A stretch of DNA of 57,995 bases from positions 27,279,411 to 27,337,405 of the forward strand of contig NC_068986.1 of NCBI RefSeq assembly GCF_001194135.2, given 5' to 3'. The DNA is from Octopus bimaculoides. Its lineage: Eukaryota. This document shows, one piece after another, positions 53,033 to 57,995 of the stretch. Every line of letters starts with the position of its first letter. The first letter of the stretch is position 1. A program made the position numbers and the translations under genes. The notes under the pieces were generated by a model that was given only the letters and a program-made list of their open reading frames with translations, was not told where the DNA came from and searched no databases.

Positions 53033-53630
53033 TTATTAACACTGCTGCTATTGGTAATGATGATGATTAACATGTTAGTTTGCTTTTTAACAATTCTTTT
53101 CTGGTGAAAACAAAAGGAAATTGAAGCAGCTAAGGTGTCATGTGATCATCTTGAACTTCATATTTCATTTCATATTACGAAGTATATATATTTTAACTTT
53201 ATGTGTGTCAGTTCATCTAACTGTCTGGCATAGGAGGCTATCTGGGAATTCTACAATGGGACTTATGCAGATGGCACAGGCTATCTGAGAATTAATTATG
53301 CAATAATAGTTTAGTTCTCAGTTCAGGAAGAAAATTTGCCTCTTACATGCTTCATGTTATAGAATCTTTGACCATTGGTTCATTTGATCAAGACTGACTG
53401 GGGTTAGGAGGCAATAAGTTCCCAGTGACCAACCAGACTATCAGATGCTGTTACACATTGCTAGTCACAATGCATTTTGCACTGTTTTTTTTAGCCTTCG
53501 AATGATGCCAACTTCTTGGCTAGGTCAGCAAGCCAATATTCCCTCCCTGATTGAAAAGGGAACCGGAGCAACGTGAAGTGAAGTGATTTGCTCAAAAACA
53601 CAATGTGTTCATGAGTGCAACAGCCTAACT

Positions 53631-53919
53631 TGTGGTGTATGCATGCGAGTAGAAGTAATCAACTTACCTCGGTTTTCCTTCCTTTGCACAAGTCTGTCCT
53701 GCGGTATCCGATCCTTGCGGCTCGCCCGACCCGAGGAACACTAGAAATAGCAGCTGCTTCTCCCAACACCTAGACGATCGGTTGGCACGTCCTCTCGTCA
53801 CAACAACCCTGTTCGAAAAGGGCATGAAATCCCGATCAAGTCTTCCTCTTCCGGTTGGCTCGCCGTTCCGGTCAGTTCACGGTTCCGGTCAGCTCCCCAG
53901 TCACTGACGTCATACCACA
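53631..53919 (-). mobile_element. Solo-LTR-like insertion (289 bp) inside a SINE head
   Basis: TG...CA ends with inverted TGTGGT/ACCACA; 5-bp TSD taact/taacc (4 of 5). Removing it restores the SINE-C sequence cctaaccactagg. Strongly CpG-rich compared with its flanks. Confidence 0.8.
53849..53912 (-). promoter_or_regulatory. CRE plus three ETS-type motifs within the LTR-like element
   Basis: TGACGTCA at 53905-53912; CCGGAA on the minus strand at 53883-53888, 53866-53871 and 53849-53854 (ACCGGAAG). Activity not demonstrated. Confidence 0.5.
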
Positions 53920-54200
53920 TAACCACTAGGAGATAGTAATGGAAATGGTTTCTAATGACCAAAATAGGCCCCACTCCAACAGTGTCCAAGTTCTTTTTAA
54001 AAATATCCCTTCTCTTTATCTCACAAGGGAAAATGTATATAATACTAGTAAGTGGAATAAAATAAGTTTTATAGGTTTCAGGTATTGGTTTGTGGCCCTG
54101 CTGTCATTATCATTATGCCCTCTCTATTATATGATGATACCATTGATACAAGTATGTAATTTTAATATCATGTTTGTTTGTCTATATATCTGTCTGTCTA

Positions 54201-54258
<58 letters not shown>

Positions 54259-55310
54259 ACTGTAAAAGTGTACACACTTTAGAAAATGTCCGTAGTATAT
54301 AACAGCTGCAAGTATATCATATAAATAGATGTCTTATTTGTAGCCAAGTTAATATTAACATATTCAATGCTGGTAGCATTAAATATATTAACTAGAAATA
54401 ATTAATCACTGATGAAAACCAATGTTAGTTATTGTTTAATATCATTTTAATTATATTGTCAAATAGGAAAGAGAAACCTGGACATATTTTTGTTGTATTA
54501 TAACCTCATTAACATAGATTATTTTGTTGTACAACCATCTGAAAGTGGTAATGATGAGAGAACCACTAAGTAGATGTACAAGAATGTACACTGGTTGTGT
54601 GTAGAAAGCTATGATTTGTTTAGAGAATAAATTCCTCAAAGCTGCTAGTTAAAAAAAAAAGAAACCAATTGTTAAGTTAGTGTTAATGTGTAGTTAACAA
54701 TGATATTTTTGTTGTGTCATAAAATGTTGTTATTAGTATTAGTAGCCGCAATGATATTAGAAAATATTTTGCATATGATTTATAATTGCAAGAGAAGTGT
54801 CATAGCTTCGAGAAGTTTTTCTTTCTTTCCTTGCTCACACACATACGCACACAACAAACTATATATTCACATGTATCTACACTTGTGTGCATATGTATGT
54901 ATGTATTTAATCTCCAGATAATATATAAGTATGTTTTCTTCTCCCCTCAGCTTTCATCAAAACAATCAATATGCTTGCTTGCAGTTTTGTCTTTAATTGC
55001 ACTCAGAATAGCTTCTACTTCTCAACTCCACATTTAGAAAACATTTCAAGAGTGATTTTGACTTTTTTTTTTTTCTTTTTTTTAATGATATGCTGTCTCA
55101 ATTTTACTACATATCCACTTTGTTTACGCAATGGCTCTTCTGTGGGTGTGTGTGTGTACATGCGCTTATGTGTTCATCAGGTTTATTTTTTTCATTTTTT
55201 GTGGCTTGGATGATTCTCCATTTTCATCATTTAATTTTTGAATAATTGCAACTGAGAGGTAGCAGGGTGGCAGGCGAAAACCATTATTGTTGATGTTGTT
55301 AATTCTGTAG

Positions 55311-55324
55311 CTGTAAAATACATG
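55311..55324 (+). other. Candidate exon ending in ATG|GTAAGT (14-nt micro-exon or 3' end of a longer 5' UTR exon)
   Basis: Perfect donor at 55325; nearest acceptor ttaattctgtag at 55310; a strong upstream acceptor ttttcttctcccctcag at 54950. Confidence 0.35.
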
Positions 55325-56243
55325 GTAAGTATGAGGAGAGAAATGAATAAGAAGAATTTAAGTATAATCCTCTCAGTTTTGCTGAATCATACTTTTCTAT
55401 TTTTAAAAGAAATTAAATGACAGGAGAGATTGCTTCTGAGGAATTTAATGTGACATTTTGAGGCTTTCATACATATCTCCCAGTCACTCATAAGCAATGC
55501 TTATAACTAAATTCTAACTGAACCAACGAAAGAGCCCTTGTATGGTCACTCCACCAATTAGAAATTGCAGCCAAGTCTCCCACAGGCCACTATATCATCA
55601 TCAACGCCTAACATTACTGTCTTTAACCCTAGGATTCATAGGACTAGTTAGCCAGTTTCCATTGGTGTATAAGTGATTGAGATTACAATGCTACTCCTGA
55701 ATGGGATACCAATCAGTCGCAGGGTAACTCAACTATAACTGAGTTGACTGGAACAATATGAAATTAAGAGTTTTGCTCAGGATCACAATGCACCACTTAC
55801 TTTGGGAATTGAAATGGTAATCTTGTGATTATGAGTGCAACGGCCTAGCCACTGGTCACTACCCCATCATCTTAAACAAAAAAAAAAAAAGACACATTAT
55901 AGAACAGTGCTCCGCAGCCAATATATATTTGTAGTTCAGGTGTGCTGCCAAATTTTGAAAAGTCTATAAGTGTACCGCAAGTGAAAAAAGGTTTGGAGTA
56001 CTGTTGTAGAATATGTTCTCTAGTGCACTATATCTCAAATTAAGATGGAATGGTTAAAGCTTGAATGCTTTTGAGCATAGGTAATCACAGCTTACCAAGC
56101 ATGGCATCTAAATTTAAATGGGTGTTCAGTTGAAGTGAAGGTGAACTGTGGCTTTTACCCATTTTGGAAGTCAGTGAAGCAAGTATCAATAATCCATGAG
56201 AGTGTTTGGAGAGAAATTGTAATTTTGGTTTTATTTAATATAC

Positions 56244-56463
56244 CATCATCATCATCATCATTTAACGTCTGCTGTCCATGCTGGCATGGGTGGGATGGCT
56301 TGACTGTGGTAGCATGCTGGAAGGCTGTGCCAGGCTCCAGTCTCATTTGGCATGGTTTTCTATGGCTGGATGCCCTTCCTGACACCAACCACTCTGAGAG
56401 TGTAATGGGTGCTTCTACATGCCACCAGCACGGGTGCCATTTGCATGACACCAGCATCTGCCA
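56244..56463 (-). mobile_element. RTE-type 3' tail fragment
   Basis: Reverse complement of the 33440-33616 sequence, with a (CAT)n tail. Confidence 0.8.
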
Positions 56464-56723
56464 CTTGCTGATAAATAATCTCATGTTTATGATGGTGTAA
56501 GAAAATGGAAATTTAGCAACTATATAAATTTCCCAACCTGTATAACCTATGCAAGTACGTTTGTATGTATGCATGGACACAACCATGGTTGTGTGGTTAG
56601 GAACTCTCCCTGAATTTGAATTTTTCCTTATTTTGTTTTATTTCTTTTATTTTTTACCCTTGTAATTATAGAAGAGTCAGTGTAATGTCTGTCTACAGCT
56701 GTATTTCAGGTGATAGAAAAAAA

Positions 56724-56963
56724 GGCAGCGAGCTGGCAGAAACGTTAGCTCGCCGGTTGAAATGCATAGCGGTATTTCGTCTGCCATTGCGTTCTGAGTT
56801 CAAATTCCGCCGAGGTCGACTTTGCCTTTCATCCTTTCGAGGTCGATAAATTAAGTACCAGTTATGCACTGGGGTCGATGCAATCGACTTAATCCCTTTG
56901 TCTGTCCTTGTTTGTCTCCTCTATGCTTAGTCCCTTGTGGGCAATAAAGAAATAAGAAATAAG
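56724..56963 (+). mobile_element. Young full-length SINE family B
   Basis: ggcagcgagctggcagaaacgttag...ttctgagttcaaattccgccgaggtcgactttgcctttcatcc...; CpGs retained; (aagaaat)n tail. Confidence 0.9.
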
Positions 56964-57257
56964 GAAATTTTGATTTCAATATAAGCCAATATTTTCAAGT
57001 GGTTAATATTTGCAGTTTATTCTTATCTCTCCTAGTCTATTGCTGAACACTCCATATATGCCCATAAGGAAAACGATGTCCCTCAATGTTTAAAGTGGTT
57101 ACTATAAAAGTCTAGACCATATAAACACAAGTAAAGTTAAGATGTGTGGTAAGCTTATTCTTCACTCATTTCAAGATGGAACATAAAGAAAGGGAAATAG
57201 GATAGGGTTCACAAATGTAAATAAAACTTGAATGTTTGCATATGTATGTGTGTAAGC

Positions 57258-57642
57258 TCAGACATGGCTGTGTGGTTAAGAAGTTCCATTTCCTGACCAT
57301 ATGGTTTCAGGTTCAGTCCCACTGTGTGGCATGCTGGACAAGTGTCTTCTACTTAAGCCCTTGGCTGATCAAAGCCTAGCGAGTAGTTTTGGTAGGTGGA
57401 AACTGAAAGAAACCTGCCATACTTGTCTTGACATTGCATGATAGGTGTAAATGAATGTCATCATTATACAAACAATATCATTTGTTTTCAATCTCGTCAT
57501 GGGAAAATATTACCTTGCTTGGAAACATGAGAGGGTTAGCAGCAGAAACAGCATCTGGCCATAGACAATCTGCCTCAACAATTTCGCTTGGCTCATGCTG
57601 GCATGGAAAAGTGGATGTTAAAATGATGATGATGATGATGAT
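57258..57642 (+). mobile_element. SINE family A with RTE-type (GAT)n tail
   Basis: Head matches 25441-25590; tail matches the 7075-7240 and 33460-33616 type. Confidence 0.8.
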
Positions 57643-57995
57643 ATATATTATTGGTCCTAAATAAACTAACTTGAGTAAACTGCTATATGGATTAAAAAAA
57701 AACAAACTCCAACTGAAATTGGAAAATATAGTGCTTTGGACAAAATGATGTGTTCAAAAGAAACATTACATTTTATTAAATATGGAGAGGAAAAAAAAGA
57801 AAAAGACATAACAGCATAAAGAAATTGTCTAAGAGATTTATATATGAATCTAGCAAACTAAAGAGAATTGATATCTAAGAAAATGAAAATACAATAATTA
57901 ATATAAATGAAAAAAAATATCAAAAATATAACTGTATTTGAAATATAAAGTACAGAGAAGAACTACTTAAAAACAAAGAAATATATATATATATA

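Noticed and set aside
53235-53293. 16-bp direct repeat aggctatctg(g/a)gaatt
   Set aside because: Only two units with no spacer array; not CRISPR-like and no function can be inferred.
53741-53755. 15-mer ctagaaatagcagct shared between the LTR and a repeat at 5901-5915
   Set aside because: Too short to distinguish sequence capture from coincidence.

Overview
Eukaryotic, AT-rich, microsatellite-dense genomic scaffold with many N-gaps (largest 2347-3220, 4312-4799, 10185-10651, 29195-30167). The repeat landscape looks like an octopus (coleoid cephalopod) short-read assembly; this is inferred from composition and SINE types, not from a database search. I can identify no host protein-coding gene, and nearly all ORFs in the track are artefacts of N-runs or simple repeats. 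Well supported: decayed transposon coding fragments (R4/Dong-like restriction-like endonuclease at 1079-1358, RTE 3' end at 33241-33616, mariner transposase at 42341-42854), several tRNA-type SINE families (two copies with 13-bp TSDs), TTAA-flanked piggyBac-like MITEs, and a young CpG-rich 289-bp solo-LTR-like insert (53631-53919) carrying CRE/ETS motifs and a perfect splice donor. A ~320-bp inverted repeat pair (15831-16148 / 17690-18012) could form long dsRNA. Several small candidate exons occur on both strands, the best being a symmetric 45-nt minus-strand exon at 13786-13830. This suggests the window is long-intron territory of one or two genes with alternative first exons. All exon models are inference and need RNA-seq.
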